The notes beneath the pieces are model-generated. The model was not told the origin of the DNA. It did not search any database and saw nothing but the letters and a program-made list of their open reading frames with translations. Position numbers and translations under genes: made by a program. This document shows positions 13,598-25,427 of a stretch of DNA of 64,000 nucleotides, piece after piece; the first letter of the stretch is position 1; every line of letters starts with the position of its first letter. Source of the stretch: Amphiscolops sp. MND2022 (taxonomy: Eukaryota); the NCBI GenBank assembly GCA_964187785.1, contig OZ076416.1, forward strand, positions 21,948,001 to 22,012,000, read 5' to 3'.

Positions 13598-14680
13598 GTG
13601 CCGCATTACAAAGTCATATCCAAATACGGTTGTCTTAGCAACCACGTCGACCAATCACAAAACGAAATGGACGAAAGCGAACACAAAAGGAACAATAAAC
13701 CACGGTCAAATGACGCGCGTGAACAAACCGCCATTGATTGCCATGAACTTACAGCAAATACATGTATCATTCAAAACTTGAACAATTCACAATCCAAAAT
13801 GGATGCTCGAACAATTGACCATTTAGAAACAATTGATTCCTCACAAGAAACAACTGATCTTATTCGAAGATGGAGGGAAATAGTGAAACCCGGTGTTTAC
13901 CGAATGACCGGAGGAAAGTGGAAGAAGTACCACGAACCGAAGTTTCTTCGCAGTGAAAAGAAAGTGTTTGAGGAGAGGCTGCAACAGATTATAGACTGTC
14001 GACAACAACCAGATTTGAGACAGCTCATCGGTCCACAACAAAGAGGAGGCTTCCAGCCACAGACGAGACGGGCAGAACTATGGACCGTGGATCCATTCGG
14101 TTACCTGGACCGGCCCACACCAGCACAACCGTCTCAACAGGAACAGCCAGGCACGTTCTCATCCTCTACAAGACAGGAACGGAATACACCGATCCCAATG
14201 GAAGAAGGAGAGATTGATTCCGAAACGGATCAAGATCCTTCGGTTTTGGAGGTACCGGTGATAAACTGGGCACGATACGTCGGTGTAAAGAGCGTACAAT
14301 ACGTCAAAATGGGCCATGCGCCAAAGATAGTCTCGGAAGAAAACAAAAACTGGGACTTGGAGCAGGCGGTAAGAGAAACGGAGAAAAACTTCTCAACCAA
14401 CCTACAATTATTAATGACCGAGTTAACAAACGACCCCAACTTACTGAAAACATTAGTATGTCTCGAACGACAGCAACATGATTTAATACCGGAAGAATAT
14501 CAGCCACACAAAAAGAAATTGTCAAGCCGGTTCGGTCTGGTTTTCATCGAAGACAAAATAAACGTCCCGAAGATCCTCCGAACAACCATCATCAGCTGCA
14601 AGACATTTCTGGTGGTCAAAATTGACAGACGCAATTTAGAAGAAATGCGAGACCTGTATCCCCTGCAAAATGTCCGGTAA
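13598..14680 (+). CDS. 360-aa pol segment between RNase H and integrase, largely a long linker of unknown function, ending in the pre-integrase region
   Basis: Stop-free ORF from the track. The C-terminal part (RFGLVFIEDKINVPKILRTTII) resembles the region preceding the integrase zinc domain; I do not recognise the rest. Confidence 0.6.
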   Translation: MPHYKVISKYGCLSNHVDQSQNEMDESEHKRNNKPRSNDAREQTAIDCHELTANTCIIQNLNNSQSKMDARTIDHLETIDSSQETTDLIRRWREIVKPGVYRMTGGKWKKYHEPKFLRSEKKVFEERLQQIIDCRQQPDLRQLIGPQQRGGFQPQTRRAELWTVDPFGYLDRPTPAQPSQQEQPGTFSSSTRQERNTPIPMEEGEIDSETDQDPSVLEVPVINWARYVGVKSVQYVKMGHAPKIVSEENKNWDLEQAVRETEKNFSTNLQLLMTELTNDPNLLKTLVCLERQQHDLIPEEYQPHKKKLSSRFGLVFIEDKINVPKILRTTIISCKTFLVVKIDRRNLEEMRDLYPLQNVR

Positions 14681-15443
14681 AAGTAATAAACCTAACTTAC
14701 CATACACGGAGAAAAATAATCTCCCGCCATTAAATAGTCCAAACGAAGAAATCCAATTGGACTTCATCGGTTCAATCACAGAAAACAACCGTCGCTTTTT
14801 TATATTATTGTCGATGGACCGGTTCAGTAAATGGCCGGCGGCTTGCTTTTGCACGTTAACGGACGGGGAAACAGCGGTAAAATTTTTAGAACAGTACATC
14901 AACCTAAACGGTGTACCGGAAACAATTAGAACGGACAAGGCCACGGCATTTACCGGGCGGCTCTTTAGAAAATACTGTAAAAGTCACTACATTAAATTAA
15001 TACACGGGACACCGTACATACATACCCAGACAGGCCTAGTAGAACGGGGAGTCAGAACATTAAAAGAAAACCTTCTAACCAACATAAAAGCGGGAGAACG
15101 ATTCGAAAAAGCCCTAGACATTTCGCTAGACGTAATGAGAAAAACCCCTCACACGAGACTGAAAAAATCCGCTTTTGAATTACACTACGGTAGAAAACCG
15201 AATACGGAAATCAGTAACATACTAAAACTCGACACGGTAGAAAAACTAACAAAAGATTCCGTTTTAGCAAAACCAGATATCTTGCAGGTATACTCAATCA
15301 ATGGAGCCGGCGGTGTGTCCGACCAGCTGTCAATGAAGCCAAAGAAAAACACTAGAGGAGTTAGTAGCTACCCTTTCCTATTTCTAGAAAAAAACACCAA
15401 CGGTCAAAATTTGAAAGTGCATATTCCGATAAACCACAATTAG
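14670..15443 (+). CDS. Gypsy integrase catalytic core
   Basis: IQLDFIG..MDRFSKWP..PETIRTDKATAF..GTPYIHTQTGLVERGVRTLK gives the D,D,E triad. Confidence 0.9.
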   Translation: MSGKSNKPNLPYTEKNNLPPLNSPNEEIQLDFIGSITENNRRFFILLSMDRFSKWPAACFCTLTDGETAVKFLEQYINLNGVPETIRTDKATAFTGRLFRKYCKSHYIKLIHGTPYIHTQTGLVERGVRTLKENLLTNIKAGERFEKALDISLDVMRKTPHTRLKKSAFELHYGRKPNTEISNILKLDTVEKLTKDSVLAKPDILQVYSINGAGGVSDQLSMKPKKNTRGVSSYPFLFLEKNTNGQNLKVHIPINHN

Positions 15444-16260
15444 CTATATCGGGCACTAAGCATACGGTGACAACACCGAACGGGAAAACATTACATAGAA
15501 AAACATTAGTAAACTCATTACTGATTTTAACCAGGAACACAGCAACAGAGCGAACGGCCCGAGAGGACCGGATGGCCGATTTACAAAATCACCATCAAAA
15601 CAGAGACGAACCGTTCGTGACAGCAATCATCGACTCAGAGAGCGAACCAGAAGCACCACCAATGGAGATGGAAAGCCCAGAACACCAGAACACTCGGACA
15701 TCGTAACCATCAGACCGGGTTCCTTCGGCCGAGCCAGACCGAAGATCATCGAAGAAAACCGCTCAGATCCAGGCTCTGCCCTAGACACACCGGCAAAGAG
15801 ATCAGAAGGCAGTTTAGGCCCACTCACACTATGCACCGACCAAATGACGGATGCATAGATTCACCAAGCCATTCGAGACACTAGGAACACAGACCAGGAA
15901 CATTTATTAAAGGACGAAAACGGTAAGGTACCCGTTAATCATAATACCATCCTGGAAGATAACCCCGAATTATCGGACTTAGAACTAGCTAGTAACTTAA
16001 GCTCGAGTACCGAAATCGAAGCAGAAATAATAACCGAAGAAAAAAAATTTGCGCAGATCAAAGAGATTAACAAAAACCAATCCTATCGTTAGATATAATA
16101 ACCCCGTTTGCCAGGATTACAGAAACCAACGTAAAAAGACTGAACTTGGACAACTCACCGGGTCAACCAAACACAGAAGTAGAGAACAACAGCCAGACAA
16201 AGACAGACAACCCGACAAAATCCAGACGTTACGGCAACATAGTAACCGTGACAATACCAG

Positions 16261-16440
16261 AGGCATGGAACGGGTGACCGTCCACAAACCATCAGACCAA
16301 CGGAGGTATAACCGCCATAGAAGCTTGGAACGGACGACCGCCCACAAACACACGGACCAATGGAGGAATAACCGCCATAGAAGCTTGGAACGGACGACCG
16401 CCCACAAACACACGGACCAATGGAGGAATAACCGCCATAC
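16261..16440. repeat. 60-bp tandem repeat x3 in the Gypsy 3' untranslated region
   Basis: The lines starting 16321 and 16381 are identical except for the last base; the line starting 16261 is a diverged copy. Confidence 0.95.
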
Positions 16441-16500
16441 ATACAAACAACACCACAAACAACCTCCCATTTTCAAACAACAGCCAATAGTAGAGGGGAA

Positions 16501-16705
16501 TATGGAGTATGCTAGACAGAATTTTTTAGACTGTAGATATTGATTAGTCTAGCCTTTGATGTATTTATACTACATACCTATATTAGTTGTTTGTATACTA
16601 CCTGTACCTGCCACTTAATCGCAGATGAAACTAAACTTCAGTGATACAAAAAGTCGTGATACATAACAGTTGAGTTTTACGAAACTGAATGTTTTCATCC
16701 TTAGA
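16501..16705 (+). repeat. Putative 3' LTR (runs into the gap)
   Basis: Follows the purine tract and shares a block of about 33 bp with the 5' end of the element at about 10821-10854. Confidence 0.55.
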
Positions 16706-16903
16706 NNNNNNNNNNNNNNNNNNNNNNNNNNNNNNNNNNNNNNNNNNNNNNNNNNNNNNNNNNNNNNNNNNNNNNNNNNNNNNNNNNNNNNNNNNNNNNN
16801 NNNNNNNNNNNNNNNNNNNNNNNNNNNNNNNNNNNNNNNNNNNNNNNNNNNNNNNNNNNNNNNNNNNNNNNNNNNNNNNNNNNNNNNNNNNNNNNNNNNN
16901 NNN
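16706..16903. other. Assembly gap (N run)
   Basis: Run of n characters. Confidence 1.
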
Positions 16904-16986
16904 TTCAAATATTTTCATTAAAAATCCCTGCCAACAAATAACTAACAAATGTTTCCAGGAAGACGTCAATCGTAGATCAATTTGGC

Positions 16987-17180
16987 GGTTACATGACATT
17001 TCGTCCTATACACTTTCAACCTATGCAATTTTAACCGTTGCCATTTCAACCGCTCACACTTTCAACCTATTGCATTTTCAACCGTCCGCAATTTCAACTT
17101 CAACTAATTTTGAGCGGTTGAAATGGCAAAGGTTGAAAATGCATAGGTTGAGATTGCATTGGATGAAATGTCCTGATACC
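16987..17180. mobile_element. Fold-back / MITE-like element with long terminal inverted repeats
   Basis: tttcaacctatgcaattttaaccgttgccatttcaaccgctca (17014-17056) is the near reverse complement of tgagcggttgaaatggcaaaggttgaaaatgcataggttgaga (17111-17153). The inverted match extends out to gacatttcgtcc / ggatgaaatgtc. Internal ttcaacc subrepeats are present. Confidence 0.75.
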
Positions 17181-17499
17181 CAATTTGGCTGCTAATTTAG
17201 AACTTTTTTGATCTCAAAAGTTGAGCAAACACCAACGATGTGATTTTGTATCTATATAAGACATAGGTAACCAACTTTTTGATATGGAAAAATATCATAA
17301 ACAAAACTACCAGTTATAAGAAAAAACAGAGCAATTAACTCGAATTTGTTTACTGATTTTGTTGAAACTTTGTTCGTGCATTTAAAAAATGTGATCCAGT
17401 CGTATATAATTTTAACTGCATTTTTTTCTCACTTTTCTAAACTGACTATATGATATCTGCTTGATTATATCATCCTAAAGACTTATGGAAATTATACTC

Positions 17500-19100
17500 T
17501 AGTAACTCAGAATTCAAATGATAAAAACTCACCAACTTCCATTTCCGGGCCGTTTCAACCTGCAAATATTTTGGGAAATAATCGCCACTTGGCCAAAATC
17601 TGTCAAGCAAAATCGTATTAAGTCAGCTCAAAGCTCGACCAGCTGATTTTGAAAAGAAGATCTATATCTTATCGAGTTGGAAATCTTTAGTAATTTCATT
17701 TTAGAATCATTTTCGTACATTACTGATTTCACAATTGAGTCGAAATTTTTGTTGACACGCTTACTTCTAGGAACTCGTGATTTCCCTAATATTTCCAAAA
17801 TGAATATTTATTTATAGGCAAGTTGCTCCATATGAAATTTGTTTTTGCTTTGCATGGCATCATCAAGTTTGTTTAATTAACTGCGTTTGCAAAAGTTTCT
17901 GCCAATTACGGCATTTGATGAAAATGAAACAATACAAATTTACGACCAATGTCTTGCATTCCTATGTCGCGACAAGCTTGTATGACTTTTTTGCAACTTA
18001 TTTGCCTTCCTTTTATGGCCCTTTGAATTGAATGAAAGTGTATGGTGATAATGAAACGTCATCATCGCTTGGATTCAAAATACAGGAGATGAATCTGTCC
18101 ATGACTTGAAAACAATTATCGCAAGCAAGCAAAGTGAAATTTGGAAGTTTTTGTCAAATAGCTGATATCTATGTATTGCTTTTGAAGTTCCATACAGTTA
18201 TGTATGGAGGAGTAGTACTTTTAAGTGAGGAGTTTTCATATTTCTTTCCCTAATTGTAATTGCTTGAAACTTTTACATGCTCTCAAAAGTTGCGAAGAAG
18301 TTTCTAGCACAAATTCAGGAAATATTTCTTTCATGCAATGCTAGTTCTTTTCGGTAACATTTCTATACAACCTGGTGGCGTTTACCAGCAGCATCAATAT
18401 AGTTCAAGAACTCCCGCAAAAGTTGGGCAAGACTTCGGAATTTGTGTAGACAGACGTTTTACATACAACAAGAAAATATTTTTGTTCGGCGATAAAATAC
18501 GTAAGATCCAATGAACGTATTCAAAATGTTTTTTTTTGCGCGCGAGAGGAAGAACTCAAATCAAGGAAGCGGAGGAACTGTCTTATTCTTTATTCAATAG
18601 GAAACAAAAGTTTTTATGTCATTTAGTAGGCCTTTTTTAGCGTCACAATTTTGACCGCGGATAGTCAGAATTTTTTTCTTTTCCGGAAAGCTCCAACTTG
18701 GAGCCCAGCGTTTCAGCAATGTGATCTGCCATTGCAATGAACTGTAGTATTCAATATCACCGCCTTTGCATGTATTTTCAGGCTCTTTGGCTACTTACAA
18801 TTTTGAACTCAAATGATTTACTTTCCTTTGCTATCCAAAGTGTGTTCTGGAAAGGGAAAATGCCCGTTGCTTTTAGCAGAAAATGACTGCGTCAAGTAGG
18901 AAGATGTCCGTACGAAACGGGACATCCTCCCTATCTGACAGTACCCAGTGGAGGCAAAACAGGCCTACAGGTAGATGGCAGCCCGTCTCGTGCACCAAAT
19001 CCCACTTTAGGTTCCTGCCATTCATGTAATTTAGTCAAGCTACGCGGCAGCTTGCCGTTACAATGTTATTGCTAGTTGTCATTTTTCATCGTTCTAAGGC
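17500..19100 (-). mobile_element. Highly degenerate BEL/Pao remnant
   Basis: The reverse strand gives ADHIAETLGSKLELSGKEKILTIRGQN (about 18650-18735, like the BEL protease region) and WTDSSPVF*I (about 18070-18105, like the BEL RNase H WTDS motif). Many stops. Confidence 0.5.
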
Positions 19101-19427
19101 AATCTGCATGTGGATGGTGACTTGTGAGAGGTGATTTGGACGGCGAAGTTCCATCCCGGATATACAATACAAAAGAACACGGATCAAATGAACAGCTTCA
19201 AAAGCCACAAGTTTTTCATCAAGATTTTTCGTATGAGGTCATACCTCGGTCAAAGCTGCGAAATCTGTTTGAAACATCACTGATCTTCAACATAAACTGT
19301 CTTCAACATGTGAATACCCAACGGGAGCCATATCTACTGTATCTGGGTGCTCCCTGTAACCCTTGTGTTGTGAGAGCCCCCAATGGACGTACCGAAGATT
19401 TAGCGTTCTCTGACGATTCTCTGAATT

Positions 19428-19444
19428 ATATATATATATATATA
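19428..19444. repeat. (TA)n microsatellite
   Basis: Direct reading of tatatatatatatatat. Confidence 0.85.
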
Positions 19445-19678
19445 CATAATACGTTAAGGCTCTTTTCTGTTCCTACCCATGTGAATTCACGCATGTAAAG
19501 ATATCAATTAGTCCAATTAGTGTACATGTAAACCAGTCAAAGTGAATAAAGTGAAACAGTCAACCTTATTACCGACTGTAATTACATGTGAAGCGTTTTT
19601 GTTAAATAAGAAAAAATAATTTCTTTGGGGTAAAGTAGTCAAACTTTGATCACTTTCCCCGTTTTCAATGAATGATAT

Positions 19679-19785
19679 TTCTAAGTACTCCAAAAGTGAA
19701 TTCTAGTCAAACATTGACTAATTTACGTGGTAGATAATTCTAAGTACTCGAAAAGTTAATTCTAGTCAAAGATTGACTAATTTTC
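19679..19785. repeat. 59-bp tandem duplication, each unit containing a tagtcaa-NNN-ttgacta hairpin
   Basis: ctaagtactc starts at 19681 and again at 19740. Both units contain tagtcaaa(c/g)attgacta. Confidence 0.8.
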
Positions 19786-20080
19786 GTTTTATACACGTTA
19801 TGGAATTGAGCCAATTGTAGGTTGAAATCCTTGGCTGGTTTCCACTTTTCTCACAACCACACAGAGAGCAAAACTAGTTGCTGACAACAAGCTTTGCTTC
19901 TCTTGTTTTCGAGTTAACTATTCGTTCAGACAGTGCCCCCAGCCTCGCAAATGCACTAAGGAAGGTTGTGAAAGCTCACATAACACCTTTCTCCACGGTG
20001 CCGAACGAATTTTTCAGAGAAAATCTGAAACGCCGAATAGAAAAAATCCCGAAACTTCGACCTGTATTGGAACGACAAAG

Positions 20081-20572
20081 ATGAACGACCAAGTTGCAGA
20101 GAGCTCAGGCATGCCTTCAGTTGTAGATGTTAATGGACTTCTGCAAAAAACAGAAATAGAATTACACTCCAGCGAACAATCAAAAAGGGTCTTAGCACTC
20201 TGTGATTCCGCCTGTAGCCACTCTTGGATTTCATCAAGGTTAGCTGACAAACTGAATGCAAAGGGCTTACCGACGAAGTTGACAGTGCTTGCCATCAATT
20301 GCCATCAAGTTGTAAACACTCAAATGGTGGAGCTCAAGTTGACACCGGTTCATTCGGGTGGCTCTTGCTCCTCCTTTGCAATCAAACAATATGTGAGAGT
20401 CGATCTTCAAGTTGGAACAGATGTTATAGACGTAGAATCACTGAAAACAATGTACCCCCATTTAGAACCAATTCCTTTGAAGAAGTACAGCTATGCTGAT
20501 GTTGACATGATCCTGGGTCAGGACGTGTTCCAATTTATCCGCCCACTGGAGTATTTCGATTCCAACCGTTAA
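20081..20572 (+). pseudogene. BEL/Pao aspartic protease region
   Basis: ALCDSACSHSWIS and DMILGQD motifs. Confidence 0.85.
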
Positions 20573-20839
20573 AATACTCCAGTAGCTGTCCGTTTATCGT
20601 TGGGCTGGGTATTAAGTGGACCGCTGCCGTCGACTTCGGGGTTGTTCTCAACATGTTTCAAAGCTGTTACAACAAACAAAGACACAGATTCTGAACTAGC
20701 CGAATAACTCCGCAGCTGGTATGACATAGAATCATACGGAGCTTTCAAGCAAGTAGACTTCCGTTAAGCAGCCGATGCGAGGGCGGAGAAAATACTTGAG
20801 GCAACCACATACCATGACGGGTCCCGATACCAAGTTGGT

Positions 20840-21580
20840 ATGTTATGGGCAGAAGACGATAGTAATTTGCCGAACAATTACTTTTCAGCCCTTGTTCAAC
20901 TGAAATCCCTCGAACGCCGTCTTGGCAAAGACGCGGAGTTGAAAGAACGTTACACTCAGAGAATCAGAGATGGCTTTTCGAAAGGATACATTGTTGAAGT
21001 GGACAAAAATGACTGTTTCAAGATGAATAATGCTCGTGAGTGGTATTTACCGCACCACCCAGTAGTCCATCCACATAAACCGGGTAAAGTTCGACGTGTA
21101 TTGAACGGCGCTGCCAAGTTTCAGGGCCAGTCCCTGAATAACGCACTTTTGACCGGACCGGACTTACTACAAAGCCTTATTCATATTCTGTTCCAATTTC
21201 GACAATATCCACATGCTGTGTCCGCCGACATCGAGGGAATATTCCTTCAAGTGGCAGTAATTCCAGAAGACAGATCGTCACTTCGATTCTTGTGGCGCGA
21301 AGACCCAGCCTCCGAAATTGCTGTTTACCAATATGTTCCACATATATTCGGATCCAAAGACTCGCCAACATGTGCGAACTACGCATTGAGGCGGACAGCC
21401 ACAGACAACCAAGCAACGTTTCCCAAAGTCGCTGGAAGTGTCTTAAGCAACTTCTACATGGACGACTACCTTGAATCGAGTTTAACTGTTGAAGACGCGA
21501 CCCGGAAAGACAAAGACCTAGTCGTATTACTCTCACTTGGGGGTTTCAAGCTAACCAAGTTTGTTCCACAGACACTCTAG
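20840..21580 (+). pseudogene. BEL/Pao reverse transcriptase
   Basis: LTGPDLLQSL, VSADIEGIFLQV, FGSKDSPTCANYAL and YMDD motifs. Confidence 0.92.
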
Positions 21581-22392
21581 TTGTTAGCCGTGGAACGAAA
21601 CCTGACGTAAAACCGAACGTGACGCAAAGAGTTGTACTAAGTCTGGTATCCGCAGTGTATGACCCCATTGGTCTTGTCGCCCCTTACACGGTAAAAGCCC
21701 GACTACTGCTCAAGGACATCTGGCGATTGAATGGTCAGCAATGGGATGACGAGCTACCACCAGATCTTGTCACAAAGTTCCTCGAGTGGAGTAAAGTACT
21801 TCCAAACCTCAGTGACATCACAATTCCTCGAGCATATTTCGTCGGAGTGATCGAAGCACTGGAGTTACATTAGTTCGGTGACAGCTCACAGGAGGTGTTC
21901 AGCGCGGTAGCTTATCTCCGAGCAAAAGTCACAGCTAAAGATAGTGGGCCAAATACAGAATTAGCCTTTGTCTTCGGAAAAGCCAGAGTAGCACCTATGA
22001 AAGCCTGACAATTCCGAAGCTTGAACTTCAAGCCTCATTACTCGCCTCAAGGCTAAGAAAGGAAGTTCGACATGCACTGACTATGAAAATAGACAAAGTT
22101 TTCATGTGGACAGATAGCACCACGGTTCTACAATGGATTCACACAATAGAAAAGCAACCAGTCTTCGTAGCGAACCGCGTTGCGGAGATACTAGAGCTCA
22201 CAACAACCGACGAGTGGAACTACGTTCAATCTTGTGATAATCCCGCTGATGCAGGCACTTGAGGACTCTCAGCGACGGTGTTACCAAACAGCATCTGGCT
22301 GAAAGGACCAGAATTCTTGAAAACATCTGATTGGGCTTTTAGGCCATCGGAACACTCGTTGTTCAAAGTTAAACAACGGAACGACACTTCTA

Positions 22393-23919
22393 ATGACGAA
22401 AAACCATCCTTTGGAGACGAGACAGTTCTCAACGCCAATGCAGGCATTAACACATCAACTTTCGAGTGGCAGAAGTACAGCTCTTACGAGAAACTTCTGC
22501 GTGTTTTCCGCCTACATCTTGCGCCTTCTACCAAAGAACGAGGCTTACCGCTCCATTATCGGTGCCATTACCAACCCGAGTGAGCTCGAAAATGCCCAAA
22601 TGAAATTATTCTATATTACGCAATCCGAGTCTTTTCCCAAAGAGAAAAAGAACTTACTGAAAAACTCCCCCCTCAGTAGTTCTTCAAAAATCCTACAGTT
22701 TTCCCCCTTCATCGGACCCCAAGGCTTACTTCGGGCAACAGGTAGAACAAAGAAACTCGATGTTTCAAGCTTTGACGCCAAACACCCGATTTTACTTCAT
22801 AGCCATCACCCAGTTACACGCTTGTTGCTCGAAAACTTACACAGAACTCATTGTCATCAGGGCGTGGACTACTTGAGGGCGTTGGTGCAGCAACAGTTCG
22901 CCATCGTCAAGCTTAGAACCGCTCTGAGAACAATTGTTCTAAGATGTGTAACTTGCCGTAAACGTCGGGCTGAGACCCTCAGTCCGATGATGGCTGACCT
23001 ACCGCGAGAAAGACTAGCCTTTAAGGAGCCCCCTTCTCTAACACTGGCGTTGACTACTTCGGTCCGTTCTACGTTTCCGTTAGGAGGTCGACAGAAAAAC
23101 GATGGGGATTCCTGTTTACTTGCTTGACTACGAGAGCTGTCCATTTCGAAGTCGTGCCGTCTAGGACACTAGCAGCTGTGTAATGGGAATAGAAAGGTTC
23201 ATCGCCCGCCGGGGTATCCCATCAGTATTATGGTCAAACAACTGAACGAATTTCATTGCCAGTGAAAAAGAACTCGTCCAGAACATTTCAAACTGGAACC
23301 AGCAAGCTTTTACCGAGGCTCTCGTCAAGAAACGTATCTCGTGGAAGTTAAACCCACCGAGTGCACCGCACCATGGTGGTGTTTGGGAACGCGTCGTCAG
23401 GAGTTTCAAACACGTTTTTTACGCTGTTCTGGGAAACTGACGCTTAACCGACGAGATCCTGATAACAACGTTTTGCCTCGTCGAACAAAGTTTGAATGCA
23501 CGACCACTGGTACCAGCCAGCTCTGATGCTATCGATTTGGACGCTCTGACCCCAAATCATTTCTTGTTGGGAACCGCGGGTTTCGTCTTACCGCGCATCA
23601 GCCAGCCGAAACAGACCATCGCAAGCGGTACGTGCGCGCACAAGCTTATTCGGATGCTATCTGGAATCGATGGTTGAAAGAATATGTGCCTTCACTCAAC
23701 AAGCGTTCAAAGTGGCCGAGTCAGCCGGAAAGACAACTTAAAATCGGAGACCTAGTTTGGATAATCGAACCGTCGAGTCCAAGAGGACATTATCCACGTG
23801 ACAAAGTTGAACTTCGGCAACGATGCCATTGCACGTTCTGCCGAACTAAAGACCAACACTGGGTATCTCGTTCGCCCCGTAGTAAAGCTGTCCCCAGTCC
23901 TTCCCCTCCCCGAATCTGA
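22393..23919 (+). pseudogene. BEL/Pao integrase (frameshifted)
   Basis: HPILL..HRTHCHQG..CVTCRK, WKLNPPSAPHHGGVWERVV near 23340-23400, and LTPNHFLLG. Confidence 0.88.
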
Positions 23920-24168
23920 ACCCTTTTAGTTGCATCACCGTATATTTGTTGCCAGTGTTACCGATGTCATGAACCATATTTGTTAATATTAGTCTTAGGC
24001 GTATATATCCCTATTCATCTCTCAACATGTAAACGCAAAATTCATGTAATGAGTTCTCGTGATACTGAAAAAAACAACATTTTGTTTTTTTTTGTTTTTG
24101 GAAAAAAAGTTTCGCATCTTCTTGGGCCCGGAGGATGTTATATAGTAAATAAAAACCGTTCAATCAAA

Positions 24169-24241
24169 GGCGCTATAGCTCAATCGGTAGAGTGCTAGAT
24201 TTCCATCCGTAAGGACGAGAGTTCGAACCTTGGTATTTACC
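24169..24241 (+). pseudogene. tRNA-derived sequence (degenerate; Pol III A-box and B-box) just inside the putative BEL 3' LTR
   Basis: GGCGCTA-TA-GCTCAATCGGTAGAGT (D-arm pairs GCTC/GAGT; A-box TAGCTCAATCGG) and a GTTCGAACC B-box at 24221-24229. The anticodon and acceptor stems do not pair, so it is not a functional tRNA. Confidence 0.7.
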
Positions 24242-24439
24242 GATCTTTGCAAAACCTTGAAAAAGGTAAAATTAGATTTTTCAAATATTATTCGAAGCTT
24301 GCTATCTCGAAACTTTAATCATATTTGACAATATTTGTAAACATATTGATGTTCATTTGTCAGTTTGTATGTTTCTTCGATACATCCCCTTTTTGTTATT
24401 GAAGCCATTAAAAGTTGATGAAAAAAGTTTGCTACCCTT

Positions 24440-24639
24440 NNNNNNNNNNNNNNNNNNNNNNNNNNNNNNNNNNNNNNNNNNNNNNNNNNNNNNNNNNNNN
24501 NNNNNNNNNNNNNNNNNNNNNNNNNNNNNNNNNNNNNNNNNNNNNNNNNNNNNNNNNNNNNNNNNNNNNNNNNNNNNNNNNNNNNNNNNNNNNNNNNNNN
24601 NNNNNNNNNNNNNNNNNNNNNNNNNNNNNNNNNNNNNNN
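24440..24639. other. Assembly gap (N run)
   Basis: Run of n characters. Confidence 1.
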
Positions 24640-25427
24640 TCTTTTTTCTTTATTTTTTTTAATGTCTCCAGTTGGGCCAATTCGTTCGTCATGCCTAAAA
24701 GGACCCATGTTGGGTAATTGCGGTATTGTGCGACTCTTTGAACAAAATTATTCCTTCGAATGGTCTATTCTGTTTTTCTGGAGTTTCAATTTGAAAATTA
24801 GTCTTTCTTGCCAAAACTTTCACCCTTTGGATTTGCGGCATTGTATTCTTGTTTTGAGTTTCATCCCATCATTTTATCTCTAACCCGATCGCTAGGGTAC
24901 TGTCAGAAAGAATTTTGGGTTAAACACAGACCAATGACAAAACTCTGCCACTTTTTTTCCCATATTACAAAAAAATTTCTAACGTCAAATCGTTATGATT
25001 TTACGTTTTGCAGGATGCAAGTTGCGATAAGCGTCTATTAGGATGGAAAATTGCTTAGAATTAAATGGAAACTTAGATGGAAAGTATTCCTCTATTTGAA
25101 CTACAATATTACCGTTTTCTGCTATAAGACGCAACCATAAAAGCGCCCTATAACTGAAATAATACAGCTTTTGCCGAACTATATTAGATCTTACGAGGAC
25201 GAAAGATCAAAACATATTTTTTTGAATTGCAATTTTGGAGCTGTTTTGGACTGACTTCATCAACTATTTTTCGATCCGTAGGAACTCTTTAAGATTAAAG
25301 TACCCGACACGTTTCTGTGAAACAAGTGAGACTGGAAGGTGTCTTATTTTTTCCTATGCGCGTTTTAGGCGAATCTGCGGAAAAAACTCAAACAGGTTTG
25401 TTTTAGTTGATGCAAAGAGGTAAACAT

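Larger units (their letters stand above)
10814..16705 (+). mobile_element. Ty3/Gypsy LTR retrotransposon, frameshifted, flanked by assembly gaps
   Basis: Order is gag-PR-RT-RNaseH-INT. A purine tract (gtagaggggaa, about 16490-16500) precedes the putative 3' LTR. The block ttttagactgtagatatt(a/g)attagtctagcctt is shared between about 10821-10854 and about 16525-16557. Confidence 0.9.
19860..24240 (+). mobile_element. BEL/Pao LTR retrotransposon, 5'-truncated, with stops and frameshifts
   Basis: Gag Cys/His cluster NKLCFSCF..RQCPQPRKCTKEGCESSHNTFLH (about 19885-19995). Protease ALCDSACSHSWIS in ORF 20081-20572. RT WYLPHHPVVHPHKPGKVRRVLNGAA and FYMDDYL in ORF 20840-21580. RNase H WTDSTTVLQW near 22105. 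Integrase fragments 22393-23919. gggcccggagga is followed by TG at 24136. Confidence 0.92.

Noticed and set aside
16261-16440. CRISPR-like array
   Set aside because: The units are contiguous tandem copies without unique spacers, there are no cas genes, and the context is a eukaryotic retrotransposon.
24169-24241. Functional tRNA-Gly(TCC) gene
   Set aside because: The anticodon stem (CTAGA/CCGTA) and the acceptor stem do not pair; only the promoter boxes and D-arm are recognisable.
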